A program made the translations under genes and the position numbers. The notes beneath the pieces were generated by a model. The model ran no database searches. It saw only the letters and a program-made list of their open reading frames with translations, and was not told the DNA's origin. Of a stretch of DNA of 64,000 nt, positions 44,729 to 54,660 are shown piece after piece. The stretch covers positions 307 to 64,306 of the forward strand of contig DASSGK010000391.1 in NCBI GenBank assembly GCA_035693505.1, in the 5' to 3' direction. Origin of the DNA: Vicinamibacterales bacterium (GTDB lineage Bacteria > Acidobacteriota > Vicinamibacteria > Vicinamibacterales > CAVVIG01). Position 1 is the stretch's first letter; every line of letters begins with the position of its first letter.

Positions 44729-46026
44729 GCCGCGACCTTGTCGAAGATTCCCGCCAGTTGATGCGCGAGGTGCCTCGCCGAGACGTCCGCGATGCCTTTC
44801 AGCGAAACGTCCCCGTCGATGTAGGCAGCAGAGGACGCCAGCGCTCGCAGGTGGCACGCGGCTTCGCCGACGAGTTCGTCGCTGGCCTCGCCGTCGCCGT
44901 ACGTCACAATCCGGATTGTGGGCTCCGATGCCGCGGCCCGCAGAATGGAGACAACGCTGCTCGCCTCGTTGAACAAGGCGAGGATCGGACGCTTCGCCAG
45001 CAACGCCGGGAACAGCTTGCTCGCGGTGTAGTGGCGCTCAGAGCTGCCGAGCAGCAGGATCGCCGAGGAGTCCACGAGGACGCCCAACGCATCCAGATAG
45101 TCGAGACGCCCCGGCATTTCGGTGACGGCCTCGTCCACTCCGCACTCGCGCGCAATTGGCATCACTCGATGAATGTCCGAGGCCGACTGATTGCTGGTGC
45201 CGATGAAGTGCAGCCGCAGACGACGTGATGCGGGATCGTCGCGCCGGGCGCGCGCCAGCGCGTGAAGAAGAAGCCGCAGTGTGCCGACACCCGTTGGCAA
45301 CAACGTGCCGACGTAGCACAGGTGCACCAGGCCGTCGTTCTCGAATCTCGGAGCGTGCGATCGCTGCGCTCGCAGCACCTCGAAGTCCGCCGGCTCGAAC
45401 CCGAGCGGAATGACTCCTTGGGGAAGCGTCGCCGCTTCCGGAATCCGTTCGGCGATCCCGTCAATCGTGCCTTGCGAGACCGCGACGATCGCGTCAGCGG
45501 CGTGTACGGCTTTTGGTTCGAGCCAGGTGCCGAGGCGGCGTGAGGCGCGGCTCTTCCAGTCGGGAGTGCTCCCTGGCCCACCGCCCACAGACTTTCCCCA
45601 CTCGCCAACCCACGGATCCTGATAGTCGAGCACGAACGGGACCTTGTACGCCTTCTTCAGTTCGCTGCCAAGGAGTGCGGGGTACACCGGATACACGGTG
45701 ATGAACAGCGCGTCGAAGCGTTCGCGCGCCATGAGCTCATGACAGGTCCGCCTAAGCCCCGTGAATGCGCGCAGACCGAGGTCGCCCAGGCCGACGCGCC
45801 GCGTGACCTCCGCTTGCCAGGCCGGTGCACGGACGACCCTGAGCGACTTCGGCACCAAGGCTTCGAGACGCGGATCGAGGCGGCCTTCGTACGCTGAGGG
45901 CTCGAGCGTCATAACGGTTGGAGACCAGCCGGCCGCCTCGAGATGCGGAGCGAGGAGACGCACGCGATGCGACGCCGCGCTCGAGTCGGGCGGAAAGTGC
46001 GGGCTGACCATGAGCACGCGGCGCAT
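44725..46026 (-). CDS. Glycosyltransferase family 4
   Basis: MRRVLMVSPHFPPDSSAASHRVRLLAPHLEAAGWSPTV... ATG at 46024-46026. Confidence 0.75.
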   Translation of the reverse strand: MRRVLMVSPHFPPDSSAASHRVRLLAPHLEAAGWSPTVMTLEPSAYEGRLDPRLEALVPKSLRVVRAPAWQAEVTRRVGLGDLGLRAFTGLRRTCHELMARERFDALFITVYPVYPALLGSELKKAYKVPFVLDYQDPWVGEWGKSVGGGPGSTPDWKSRASRRLGTWLEPKAVHAADAIVAVSQGTIDGIAERIPEAATLPQGVIPLGFEPADFEVLRAQRSHAPRFENDGLVHLCYVGTLLPTGVGTLRLLLHALARARRDDPASRRLRLHFIGTSNQSASDIHRVMPIARECGVDEAVTEMPGRLDYLDALGVLVDSSAILLLGSSERHYTASKLFPALLAKRPILALFNEASSVVSILRAAASEPTIRIVTYGDGEASDELVGEAACHLRALASSAAYIDGDVSLKGIADVSARHLAHQLAGIFDKVAA

Positions 46027-46028
46027 CG

Positions 46029-47093
46029 CTACGTGGCCGCCTCCACGCTGATGCCGGGCGAGGCCGCCAGTCGCCGATACAGCTGCTCGTACTCGCCCGC
46101 GATCGCCGCGTCCGAGAATCTCCGGACCGCTTCTTCGCGCACCACGCCGCGATCGAGCTCCGGCAGCCGCGAGACCAGCGCCGCCATCTCCGCCGGCGTG
46201 TCGCACAGAAAGCCGGTGCGGCCGTGGTCAATCCCTTCAGGCACACCGCCGCGACGAAACGCGATCAGCGGCGTCCCGCTCAGCATCGACTCCGGCAGGA
46301 CAACCGGGAACGGTTCCTCCCACTCGATCGGCAGGAGCATGGCTGCCGCGCCGCCAAGCAGCGACTGCTTCGCCTCGTCACCGACCGGCCCGATGTAGGT
46401 CACCAGTTCGCCGTCGATGAGCGGCTTGATCTGTTCGTCAAAGTACGCCTGCTCGTGCGCGAGCGGCGAAATGTTGCCCGCGATGATCAGCCGGCGCTGC
46501 AGCTGACGCGCGACGGCAATCGCGTGATGCGCGCCCTTGCAGCGGTCAAGCCGCCCGAGAAACACCAGCGGCGCCGTCGTTGGATCGGTCGAGCCCGCGA
46601 ACGTGTACCGCTCCGGTACTGCGCAGTTGTAGATGACGGACCAGTCGCCGCCGCCAGGCCGGCCGGTGTCGCGGATCGCCGCGCTCACGGCTGTGTAGTG
46701 AAGGCGCCGGGCGCCAAGACGACGAGCCGTCGCCATGTTGGCGGGATCGACGGTCCTCATGTACGTCTGGATTTTCGGGACGTCCCACGACAGCACCGGC
46801 GCGAGATAGGCGAGGCGGCCGAAGTTGTGAATCACATCGAACCGTCGGGCCGACCGCAGGAATCGGCCGGCGAGCGTCAGCGTGTTGCGAACGTTGCTCC
46901 AGCGGGTCCACTCGCCTTCGCGGCCGAATGCTTCAACCGTCCCGTTCACGCGCGAGCCGGGAGCCGCCCACAGGGTGACCTCGTGGCCGAGCGTGGTCAG
47001 GCGGTCGGCCAGATCGGCCACGACCCGTTCGATGCCGCCGTAGTGGGCCGGCGGCACCTTGATGAACGGATCCATCACCAGCAGGATTCTCAT
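46029..47093 (-). CDS. Glycosyltransferase family 4
   Basis: MRILLVMDPFIKVPPAHYGGIERVVADLADRL...EWEEPFPVVLPESMLSGTPLIAF...GRTGFL. ATGA overlap with the upstream gene. Confidence 0.8.
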   Translation of the reverse strand: MRILLVMDPFIKVPPAHYGGIERVVADLADRLTTLGHEVTLWAAPGSRVNGTVEAFGREGEWTRWSNVRNTLTLAGRFLRSARRFDVIHNFGRLAYLAPVLSWDVPKIQTYMRTVDPANMATARRLGARRLHYTAVSAAIRDTGRPGGGDWSVIYNCAVPERYTFAGSTDPTTAPLVFLGRLDRCKGAHHAIAVARQLQRRLIIAGNISPLAHEQAYFDEQIKPLIDGELVTYIGPVGDEAKQSLLGGAAAMLLPIEWEEPFPVVLPESMLSGTPLIAFRRGGVPEGIDHGRTGFLCDTPAEMAALVSRLPELDRGVVREEAVRRFSDAAIAGEYEQLYRRLAASPGISVEAAT

Positions 47094-48340
47094 GCGAGCA
47101 CCGCGCGAACGAGCGAGAGCAGCTTCCCGCGCTCCAGCGGGTGTTCCCAATGCCATCGCCGTGTCGCCGCGCTCCACGCCATCCGCTTCGCGCAATCGAG
47201 TTCGGCGGGATCCTGTGCCCACCGCGAAAATGCCGCGGCCAGCGCGTCGACGTCGCCGGCGGGAACGAGCACCGCCGCTCGGCCGAGATCGGTGCCCAGC
47301 GCGTGCTGCCCCGGAGTGTCGGTCATGGCCACCGCAACGCCGGCGAGGATGTAGGTAAACGCCTTGTTCGTCAGACAGAGCTGCCGGTTGCGCGGCGTCA
47401 TCTGCTCCAGCGCGAGGCCGACGTCGTACCCGCGGGCGCAATCCACCATGGCGTCGGGCGGCGCCGGCGGCAAGTGAACGATTTCCAGTCGTGGCGCCTT
47501 TGCCGATGCCAACGATTCGAGCGCCGCAAGGTATCCAGGCTGCGCGCGCCCTCGCATGGCAAGGTGCGCGGCGATGCCGGTGCGGCCAAGGGCAAGAATC
47601 GCGTCCTCGAGGCCGCGGCCGGGTCCGATCGTCTGGCTGAACCAATACAGGCGCAACCGGGACGGATCGACTCTCGAAATGTCAGGAGGCTGGGACGGCA
47701 GCGCAAAGGTGTTGTGGATTACTCCCGGCCGAACGCCGAGCCGTTCGTCGTAGGCATCGGCGATCGGCTCGCTCGATGTCGTCACGAAGGCCGCACCAGC
47801 GGCGACGGCACGTTCCACGCGGTCAGCGAGTGCGTCGACAAGCGGCGCCTCAACGCCGGCGGTCTCGGCGCTGTGAAGATCCTCGAAGTCGACGCCATAC
47901 GGCGTCTTCGAGCGGCTCGCCGCCTCCGCGATCGCCGCCAGCGCACCGGTTGTGCCGCCGTAAATCAGATCGCCGGGATCCGCGGCGATTGTTCGCACGA
48001 GCTCCGCGTGGACGCGGCTGAAGGCGCGAGACACCGTCGCGAGCGGGATCCGCGCCGGTCCAACCACGCCGGCGATGGCCTTCGAGGCGCGAAACCTGGC
48101 GCCGGTGCGCCAGTACGTGGCGCCGCTGCCTCCGCGCCGATAGTCGATCACCTCGGCCTTCCACGGCCGGCGCGACGCGACATCCATGTCCGCCTCGACC
48201 GCCCACGGCTCGTGACGCGTGGCGATCACGCGAACGTCGTAACCGGCATCAGCCAGCGCGTCCGCGCTCTTGAGCATTCGCGGACACGTCGAGAGATGGC
48301 CCGCAGTCACCACCGTGATTCGTCCGCCGGACACGCTCAT
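47090..48340 (-). CDS. GT-B fold glycosyltransferase (divergent GT1/GT4-like)
   Basis: MSVSGGRITVVTAGHLSTCPRMLKSADALADAGYDV...NKAFTYILAGVAVAMTD. ATGA overlap with the upstream gene. Confidence 0.6.
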   Translation of the reverse strand: MSVSGGRITVVTAGHLSTCPRMLKSADALADAGYDVRVIATRHEPWAVEADMDVASRRPWKAEVIDYRRGGSGATYWRTGARFRASKAIAGVVGPARIPLATVSRAFSRVHAELVRTIAADPGDLIYGGTTGALAAIAEAASRSKTPYGVDFEDLHSAETAGVEAPLVDALADRVERAVAAGAAFVTTSSEPIADAYDERLGVRPGVIHNTFALPSQPPDISRVDPSRLRLYWFSQTIGPGRGLEDAILALGRTGIAAHLAMRGRAQPGYLAALESLASAKAPRLEIVHLPPAPPDAMVDCARGYDVGLALEQMTPRNRQLCLTNKAFTYILAGVAVAMTDTPGQHALGTDLGRAAVLVPAGDVDALAAAFSRWAQDPAELDCAKRMAWSAATRRWHWEHPLERGKLLSLVRAVLA

Positions 48341-49662
48341 GCCGCGTACATCGTCATGTAGTCGCGGGCGATGTCGTCCATGCTCCGCACGGGGCCCAGA
48401 GCGCTGCGCCAGGCGTCGATCGTGGTTCTGGGATCGCTCGCCGCCTCGAGAATCGCCGCCGACAGTTCGGACACGCTTCCGGCCTCGACGAGCCGGCCGT
48501 TCACGCGATCGTCGACGATCTCGGCAAGATTGCCGACCCGGCTCGCGATGATCGGCGTGCCGACAGCCATCGCCTCGAGCGCAATCGTCGGCCCGTTTTC
48601 GAACCACAGCGACGGCGACAACAGCACGTCGAGCTCCGACAACACCGCGGGAATCTCGTCTGAGGTCACGGCGGGGGCGAACTGAATCCGCGAATCATCA
48701 CCGGCGATGCGCCGCAGCTCCGATTCGATCGCGCGGGCACCCGCATCGAGCACCGGGGCGCGGACATCGATGCGGAAGTCGACGCTGCGGGGTATCGCGC
48801 GGGCCGCACGAACGATCTCCACGACGCCCTTCGACGGGTGGAGCCGTCCGGCGAATCCGAAATGCACCGGCTTTTTTGTCGGCCGTTCGCCTGGACCGGG
48901 CTTGCGCGAAACACCAGTCTGACTGAGCCCGAGCCGATTCAGCGCGAGCTTTTCTTTTGGCGAGCCGTCGGCCACCAGCATCCGGTAGGCCGTCTCGTTG
49001 AGCACGACAAAGCGTTCCACGATCTCGAACAGCTCCCTCTGCATCTGTTGGTACTCGACGATGAGCGCGCTCATGCCGAGAGCGGTCCCGGCCCGTCCAG
49101 GTATATGGCGCAGCAGCGCGCCCAGCGGCGGTGGAATCGCTCCGGCGACGCGCGACAGCGACGGCGCCAGTCCGACATGCGTGAGGCTGCACGCGGCGCA
49201 CTTGGCAGGCCTCACGACGCCGTCGCACGGGCGCTTTCCACCTTCCATCAGCTCGCCGGTCCGGCACAGATAGCCGAGGCTCGGCAAATGGCAGGTCGCG
49301 ATGATTCGAATGCCGAGGCGATGCGCTTCCCGGAATTCCGGGAGCCCGGTCCCGGTCTTGATGCTGTGCACGTGAAGGATGTCGGGCCGCTCCTCGGCGA
49401 GCCATCGGAACAGGTGTGCTGCCCCTGGCATTGCCACGCGATGGTAGGCCTCGTCGCGCGTCGGATGGTCCGTGATCGGGTACCGGAACACCGCCACGCC
49501 GTGGTACTCGTACCGCTGAGGCTCTGTTGCGCGCGCATCGGGCGCGGCGATCAGCACGTCGTGGCCGGCGTCCTGCAACCGCCGGCACAATCCCTCCACG
49601 TAGACTTCTGTCCCCCCGACGCTGTCGGGAAAATACCAGCCGAGCAGGTGAACGATTTTCAT
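48337..49662 (-). CDS. Glycosyltransferase family 4 with an inserted Cys-rich segment
   Basis: MKIVHLLGWYFPDSVGGTEVYVEGLCRRL...; the insertion is CHLPSLGYLCRTGELMEGGKRPCDGVVRPAKCAAC; C-terminal SLWFENGPTIALEAMAVGTPIIAS. Confidence 0.8.
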   Translation of the reverse strand: MKIVHLLGWYFPDSVGGTEVYVEGLCRRLQDAGHDVLIAAPDARATEPQRYEYHGVAVFRYPITDHPTRDEAYHRVAMPGAAHLFRWLAEERPDILHVHSIKTGTGLPEFREAHRLGIRIIATCHLPSLGYLCRTGELMEGGKRPCDGVVRPAKCAACSLTHVGLAPSLSRVAGAIPPPLGALLRHIPGRAGTALGMSALIVEYQQMQRELFEIVERFVVLNETAYRMLVADGSPKEKLALNRLGLSQTGVSRKPGPGERPTKKPVHFGFAGRLHPSKGVVEIVRAARAIPRSVDFRIDVRAPVLDAGARAIESELRRIAGDDSRIQFAPAVTSDEIPAVLSELDVLLSPSLWFENGPTIALEAMAVGTPIIASRVGNLAEIVDDRVNGRLVEAGSVSELSAAILEAASDPRTTIDAWRSALGPVRSMDDIARDYMTMYAA

Positions 49663-50789
49663 GTGCGGACGGCGGCGTTCGCGCTCACGCGCGCGTAGAT
49701 CTCCTCGAGGCGCACCGTGGTGCGGACAACGTCGTGGTGGGCCTTCACGTGAGCGGCGCTCGAAGGCGTCCGTTCCCGCAGCGCCGCGCAGAGCGCCTCG
49801 CTCAGTCCATCGACATCGTGCTCGTCGCAGAGCCAGACACCGGGACCGGCCGGCACCACATTGGGGATGTCCGCGTGCCTCGTCGTCACGATCGGCGTTC
49901 CTATCGCTTGCGCTTCGAGAAGAATCGTCGGTGCGCCGCCCTCCGAGTCGCCGTCCTCCGCGGTCACGCTCGGATGAATGAACGCCGAGGCTGCTGTCAG
50001 GCGCGCGATGACATCGGCGTGCGGCTTCATGCCCAGAAATTCGACGCTGCTCTTGAGGTGTCGCTTCGCGACCAGCGCCTTGGCGTCGCGTTCGTCCGGG
50101 CCGGCGCCGACAATCGCCATTCGGATGTTCGGAATTCGCGTGCGAGCCGCGCCGAACGCGGCGATCGCATCCAGCAATCCCTTCTTCTCGACGAAGCGGC
50201 CGACGAACAGCACCGTGGCCGTGGCATCCGGCGACCAACGGGGATACCTGGTCAGGTCGAGCGCAATCGGATGTATGAGTGTTCGTGCCGGCGGAGCCCC
50301 GGCTTTGATCACTTTCTTCCGCATCTCGGGGCCTTCAGCCAGGAAGAGGTCGCCATCACGAAACAGCCGCGCGTACTGTTTGCGCCAGTGCGGCAGAAAC
50401 GGAAGCACGGCCGCATCGACGCCGTACAAGCTCGTGATCAGCGGGATTCCCGCGGCGCGCGTCGCCGGAATCATCTCGCACCCGATCGGACCGAAATGCG
50501 CGTGCACGACGTCAGGGGCAACGCGCGACAGCGCCGCGTCGACACCTCGTCTCCACGGGGAGCGGCCGGTCGCACGTGCGATCGAAGCGGACATCCAATA
50601 GTCGGCGCCGAGCCGCGTGGTCGGCTTGGGCTGTACGTGAACTCGCGGAAACGGAAACTCGCGGGCGTGCTCGCGCGCGTGGCACAACACGGTCGCCTCG
50701 TACTGCTGATGCCCCGTAACGACCGTATAAATGAAGGTCTCACTGCGAGTGAGAAAACGATCGACCGCGTGGAGGACCCTCGGCGTCAT
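49659..50789 (-). CDS. Glycosyltransferase family 4 (WcaL/AmsK-like)
   Basis: MTPRVLHAVDRFLTRSETFIYTVV...SVTAEDGDSEGGAPTILLEAQAIGTPIVTT. ATGA overlap with the upstream gene. Confidence 0.8.
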   Translation of the reverse strand: MTPRVLHAVDRFLTRSETFIYTVVTGHQQYEATVLCHAREHAREFPFPRVHVQPKPTTRLGADYWMSASIARATGRSPWRRGVDAALSRVAPDVVHAHFGPIGCEMIPATRAAGIPLITSLYGVDAAVLPFLPHWRKQYARLFRDGDLFLAEGPEMRKKVIKAGAPPARTLIHPIALDLTRYPRWSPDATATVLFVGRFVEKKGLLDAIAAFGAARTRIPNIRMAIVGAGPDERDAKALVAKRHLKSSVEFLGMKPHADVIARLTAASAFIHPSVTAEDGDSEGGAPTILLEAQAIGTPIVTTRHADIPNVVPAGPGVWLCDEHDVDGLSEALCAALRERTPSSAAHVKAHHDVVRTTVRLEEIYARVSANAAVRT

Positions 50790-51946
50790 GCGTCGAGCGA
50801 TCGAACGGTGACGGGTCGATTCGTCCGGTACGACTCGACGCCAGCGAGGCAGGCCAGCACCGTGCGGCCGGCCTCGTCGACGGAGCACAGCGGCTGCCGC
50901 CGATCGCGAATGGCGGCGACGAAGTCCTCGATGGCGCCGACGCAGGCCAGCGAATGCTCGTACAGGCGCACGGGATAGTTCGCCGCTCCGTACTCCGCGT
51001 CCGGCCTTCGCGCGAGCAGCCGCAGCATCTCGACGGTCCTGGCCATCAGATACGGAGGCAGGTTCGTGCGGAGCTGACGATACCGGCTCTGCCCTCCCGT
51101 CTTTCCCGCGCCTCGCAGGAGCGCAGGCTGAAAAATCATCGGGCGGTGCAGCACTTCCCCGAGCCGTCCGTCGCGGCGGTAGAGCAGGTTCCCGCGTACC
51201 GACGCTTGCCGTCCAGACACGCGAACGGTGTGATCCTGTGGTCCCGGCTCGCCGAATTCGACGACGACTTTTCCAATCGCCCCGGACGCAAACCTGAGCG
51301 TCACGAGGTTGAGGTCCGACTCGGGGTATTCGGGAAACGCTCGATGTCCCGCCGCGGCGAAGACCTCGACGATCTCCTCGCCCGCGAGCCATCGCAGCAG
51401 ATCCACGAAATGGCACCCCGAATAGACGAGCGGTGTGGCGTTCTGCTCTTCACGCCAGCGATCGTTGGCGAACGCGCGCTCGGTCAAATCGTGAACGTAA
51501 TAGCCCTCGAGATACGACAACGGGCCAAGCGTCCCTGCCGAAATCAGTGATTTGATTCGCCGGTGCAGCGGCACGAAGCGCATCTGGTGCACGACGGCCG
51601 CGACCTGACCAGACGCCGCATCTGCCGCCCGCCGAATCGCCTGCAAGCCCTCGATCGAATCGGTCAGAGGCTTCTCGACCAGAACGTGAAGGCCGCGCTC
51701 GAGCGCCGCGACGATGTACGAGGCGTGCGTGCTGTCAGGTGTACAGACGACGACGGCGTCGAGATCGGGCCAGAAGCGATTCTCGTCGTCGCAGAAGATA
51801 TCGCCGGCACCGCGCCAGACGGCCCGATCACGGGCCGCCGGCTTCGGGTCGAAAATCTTCGTGACGCGGCAGCCGGCGACGCACGAAAAGTAGAAATAGT
51901 GGGCCTGCCCCGCCCCGCCGAATCCGATGATGCCGATCCGCAACAT
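50786..51946 (-). CDS. Gfo/Idh/MocA-family NAD(P)-dependent sugar oxidoreductase
   Basis: MLRIGIIGFGGAGQAHYFY...VVVCTPDSTHASYIVAALERGLHVLVEKPL. Confidence 0.85.
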   Translation of the reverse strand: MLRIGIIGFGGAGQAHYFYFSCVAGCRVTKIFDPKPAARDRAVWRGAGDIFCDDENRFWPDLDAVVVCTPDSTHASYIVAALERGLHVLVEKPLTDSIEGLQAIRRAADAASGQVAAVVHQMRFVPLHRRIKSLISAGTLGPLSYLEGYYVHDLTERAFANDRWREEQNATPLVYSGCHFVDLLRWLAGEEIVEVFAAAGHRAFPEYPESDLNLVTLRFASGAIGKVVVEFGEPGPQDHTVRVSGRQASVRGNLLYRRDGRLGEVLHRPMIFQPALLRGAGKTGGQSRYRQLRTNLPPYLMARTVEMLRLLARRPDAEYGAANYPVRLYEHSLACVGAIEDFVAAIRDRRQPLCSVDEAGRTVLACLAGVESYRTNRPVTVRSLDA

Positions 51947-52620
51947 CAGGCGCGGCGCAGCGTCAGCAGGTGCGTTCGCGAATCGAGGCCGACCGACGAA
52001 GGCCGCGGCACACCGAGCGTCAGGGCGGCGCGATCCACGAGATACAGCGGTACGGATTCGAATCGGGTCAACGCGTATCGAAAGTACTTGTTGGCCGGAC
52101 CGCCGGAAGGGAGCCAGTAATACATGGCGCGCTGGGCGGCGATGCGCAGGCCCAGAGACACGAACGCGTCATTCCACTGCGCACGGCTTCTGTACCGAAG
52201 GTAGGTCGAACGCTCCTCGGTCTGGTCGGGCAGCGCCGCAGTCACCAGCAGCACACCGTTGGCCGCCATCCGGTCCGCGAGCCCGGCGAGCGCCTGCCGC
52301 CAGGCCTCGTCATCCAGAAGCAGATGAAGGACCTCGAAGCTCTGAACGACATCGAACGTCCTCGCGCCGACTTCCGAATCCTGAAGCGCGCTGAGATTGG
52401 CAACGTACCATTCGGCGCCGGAGATCGATTGCCGGAGATGCGTGATGGCCCGCTCCGAGATGTCGAGCCCGACGTACGAGCTCGCTGGAAACTCCTTCCG
52501 ATAGAAACGCGCGAGCTGACCCTGGCCGCAGCCGCCGTCGAGGACTGAGAACGTTCGATCCCTTCTCAAGCCTTCTGCCGCCAGCGCTCGCCGAAGCGCC
52601 TGACGTTTGCAGGCATACAT
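51946..52620 (-). CDS. Class I SAM-dependent methyltransferase (N-terminus probably longer; see findings)
   Basis: VLDGGCGQGQLARFY...VGLDISERAI...FDVVQSFEVLHLL. The frame stays open for 53 codons upstream with family-like sequence but no ATG/GTG/TTG. Confidence 0.75.
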   Translation of the reverse strand: MYACKRQALRRALAAEGLRRDRTFSVLDGGCGQGQLARFYRKEFPASSYVGLDISERAITHLRQSISGAEWYVANLSALQDSEVGARTFDVVQSFEVLHLLLDDEAWRQALAGLADRMAANGVLLVTAALPDQTEERSTYLRYRSRAQWNDAFVSLGLRIAAQRAMYYWLPSGGPANKYFRYALTRFESVPLYLVDRAALTLGVPRPSSVGLDSRTHLLTLRRA

Positions 52621-52781
52621 CCGCTCGTTCAGCCCTTCGCCGGCGCCCAGACATCCCGATTCGGACAGCGTGAAGTCCCGGTATCGATGGTTCCAGAACT
52701 GTCGCAGCCGTTCTTCGTCCCTGGAAATCAGCGCACGCCTCGATCGCCTGGCCTCGTGAGACCTTGTAGACTGTCCGGCCT

Positions 52782-53432
52782 ATGAACCAGCCGGCGCCGG
52801 ATCCGGATCAGTGGTGGATTGAAAACCAGCGCGACTATGCCGCGCGCTCGTGGCGTGACTATCGTCATCTGCTTGCCGAGGCTGTCCGTCACGCGCCGGA
52901 ACCGCCGCTGCTCGACGTAGGATGCGGCCAGGGATTTCTCGTCGAGTGCGGACGGCGCTTCGGCGTGACGGCCATCGGCCTTGAAGCGTCGCGGGTGGCA
53001 ATCGCGGAAAGCCGTCGGCTTCATCCGGAAGCGGACGTGCGGCTGTGGCATGCGGGCGATCCGCTTCCCTGCGCGGACCAGTCGATCGGCGTCGCGATGC
53101 TGAACCAGGTGATCGATCACATCACGCTTCGAGAGAACCAGCAGCTGCTCACCGAGCTCGTGCGAGTCCTGAAGCCTGGCGGCGCGCTCATCGCCCACTC
53201 GCCGTCGCGGTTCAATAAGTTCGATACGGACACCGGTCACGTGACATTCTTTTCGCCGTCGGAGTTTCGAGCGTTCGTCACCGATGCGGGGTTTCGCGTG
53301 ATCGAGCAGCCGTACTTTCCGCAGCCCGTGCTCGGCACGGGCGCGGGATGGCTGGCGGTGCGCGTGTTCTCGCGCCTGTTCAGACCCGAGCGCCTGGCCG
53401 CGACCATCGATCTCGTGGCCGTGAAAGCCTGA
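52782..53432 (+). CDS. Class I SAM-dependent methyltransferase (type 11)
   Basis: LLDVGCGQGFLVECGRRFGVTAIGLEAS...IGVAMLNQVIDHI...VLKPGGALI. This is the only plus-strand gene inside the 30-63 kb minus-strand block. Confidence 0.85.
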   Translation: MNQPAPDPDQWWIENQRDYAARSWRDYRHLLAEAVRHAPEPPLLDVGCGQGFLVECGRRFGVTAIGLEASRVAIAESRRLHPEADVRLWHAGDPLPCADQSIGVAMLNQVIDHITLRENQQLLTELVRVLKPGGALIAHSPSRFNKFDTDTGHVTFFSPSEFRAFVTDAGFRVIEQPYFPQPVLGTGAGWLAVRVFSRLFRPERLAATIDLVAVKA

Positions 53433-53460
53433 TCGATCGCGGCCGCTTGCCCGATTGCCG

Positions 53461-54660
53461 CTAGCCCCGCATGGTCAGGGCCGAGAATACTTTGCTGCAC
53501 GCTGTCACAACATCGTCGCATTCCGCGTCGGTGAAGGCGGCCGATATCGGCAGGCGCACCAGCGATGACGCGACGCGATCAGTGATCGGAAGCTCGACGC
53601 GATCGATTCCAGACGCCGGCTGACGCGCGAAGGGCGCCGTATGAAGCGGGACGTAGTGAAACGCCGCGCCGACGCCTTCCGCTTTCAGCGCGCTGATCAC
53701 CCAATCACGTTGAGACGGATCCACGAGCACGGCGAACACGTGCCAATTCGGGCTGCAGCCATCAGGCACGGTGGGAAGCTGGACGATAGAGCGGTAGGGT
53801 GCCAATGCTTCGAGCAGGCGCTCGGCCTGAGCGGTTTTGCGTCGGGTAGTTTCCGGGAGTTTCAAGAACTGCTCGACAGCAACCGCCGCGAGCAGTTCTG
53901 ACAGCACATAACTGCTGCCGACGCCGACCCACGTGTACTTGTCGACTTCTCCCCGGAGAAACGCAGTGCGGTCGGTTCCCTTCTCACGAAGAATCTCAGC
54001 CGCCTGTAGGTACGCGTCATCGTCGCGAACGAGTAATACTCCACCTTCGCCGCAGACCAGATCCTTCGTCTCGTGGAACGACCAGGCGCCAAGGGCGCCG
54101 ATGGCACCGAGCGCCCGACCGCCATACCGGGAGTTGACGCCGTGAGCAGCGTCTTCAATGACAATCAGATTGTGTGCGGCTGCGATCTCACCCAGGAGGT
54201 CCATATCGCACGACATACCGGCGTAATGCATCGGCAGGATTGCACGCGTGCGGGGCGTGACGCGCTGCGCCACGTCTCTGGGATCGAGCGCGAACGTGAC
54301 CGGATCGATGTCGGCGAACACGGGGCGTGCGCCTGCTTTGACGATCGCGTTGGCGGTCGATACGAACGTGAAGCTGGGAAGAATGACCTCGTCTCCAGGA
54401 CCGAGCCCAGCGACAATGACGGCCATCTCGAGCGCCGCCGTGCACGAATTGAGCGCTAACACGCCTCGAGCGCCGGTCGCTTCGCGAATAAGGCGTTCCA
54501 GTTCGCGTCCCTTCACGCCGTCCCCGGCGACCCGGGTGCTTTCCAGCACGTCGAGGAGCGCCTGTTGCTCAAAGACATCGAACCACGGCTTGTGCAGCGG
54601 TATCCGTTCGGTTCTGACGGGCGTTCCTCCGTCCACCGCGAGCACTTGCGTTCTCGGCAT
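53461..54660 (-). CDS. DegT/DnrJ/EryC1/StrS (WecE-like) PLP-dependent sugar aminotransferase
   Basis: ALNSCTAALEMAV...EVILPSFTFVSTANAI...SFHETKDLVCGEGGVLLV includes the PLP Lys. ATG at 54658-54660. Confidence 0.9.
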   Translation of the reverse strand: MPRTQVLAVDGGTPVRTERIPLHKPWFDVFEQQALLDVLESTRVAGDGVKGRELERLIREATGARGVLALNSCTAALEMAVIVAGLGPGDEVILPSFTFVSTANAIVKAGARPVFADIDPVTFALDPRDVAQRVTPRTRAILPMHYAGMSCDMDLLGEIAAAHNLIVIEDAAHGVNSRYGGRALGAIGALGAWSFHETKDLVCGEGGVLLVRDDDAYLQAAEILREKGTDRTAFLRGEVDKYTWVGVGSSYVLSELLAAVAVEQFLKLPETTRRKTAQAERLLEALAPYRSIVQLPTVPDGCSPNWHVFAVLVDPSQRDWVISALKAEGVGAAFHYVPLHTAPFARQPASGIDRVELPITDRVASSLVRLPISAAFTDAECDDVVTACSKVFSALTMRG

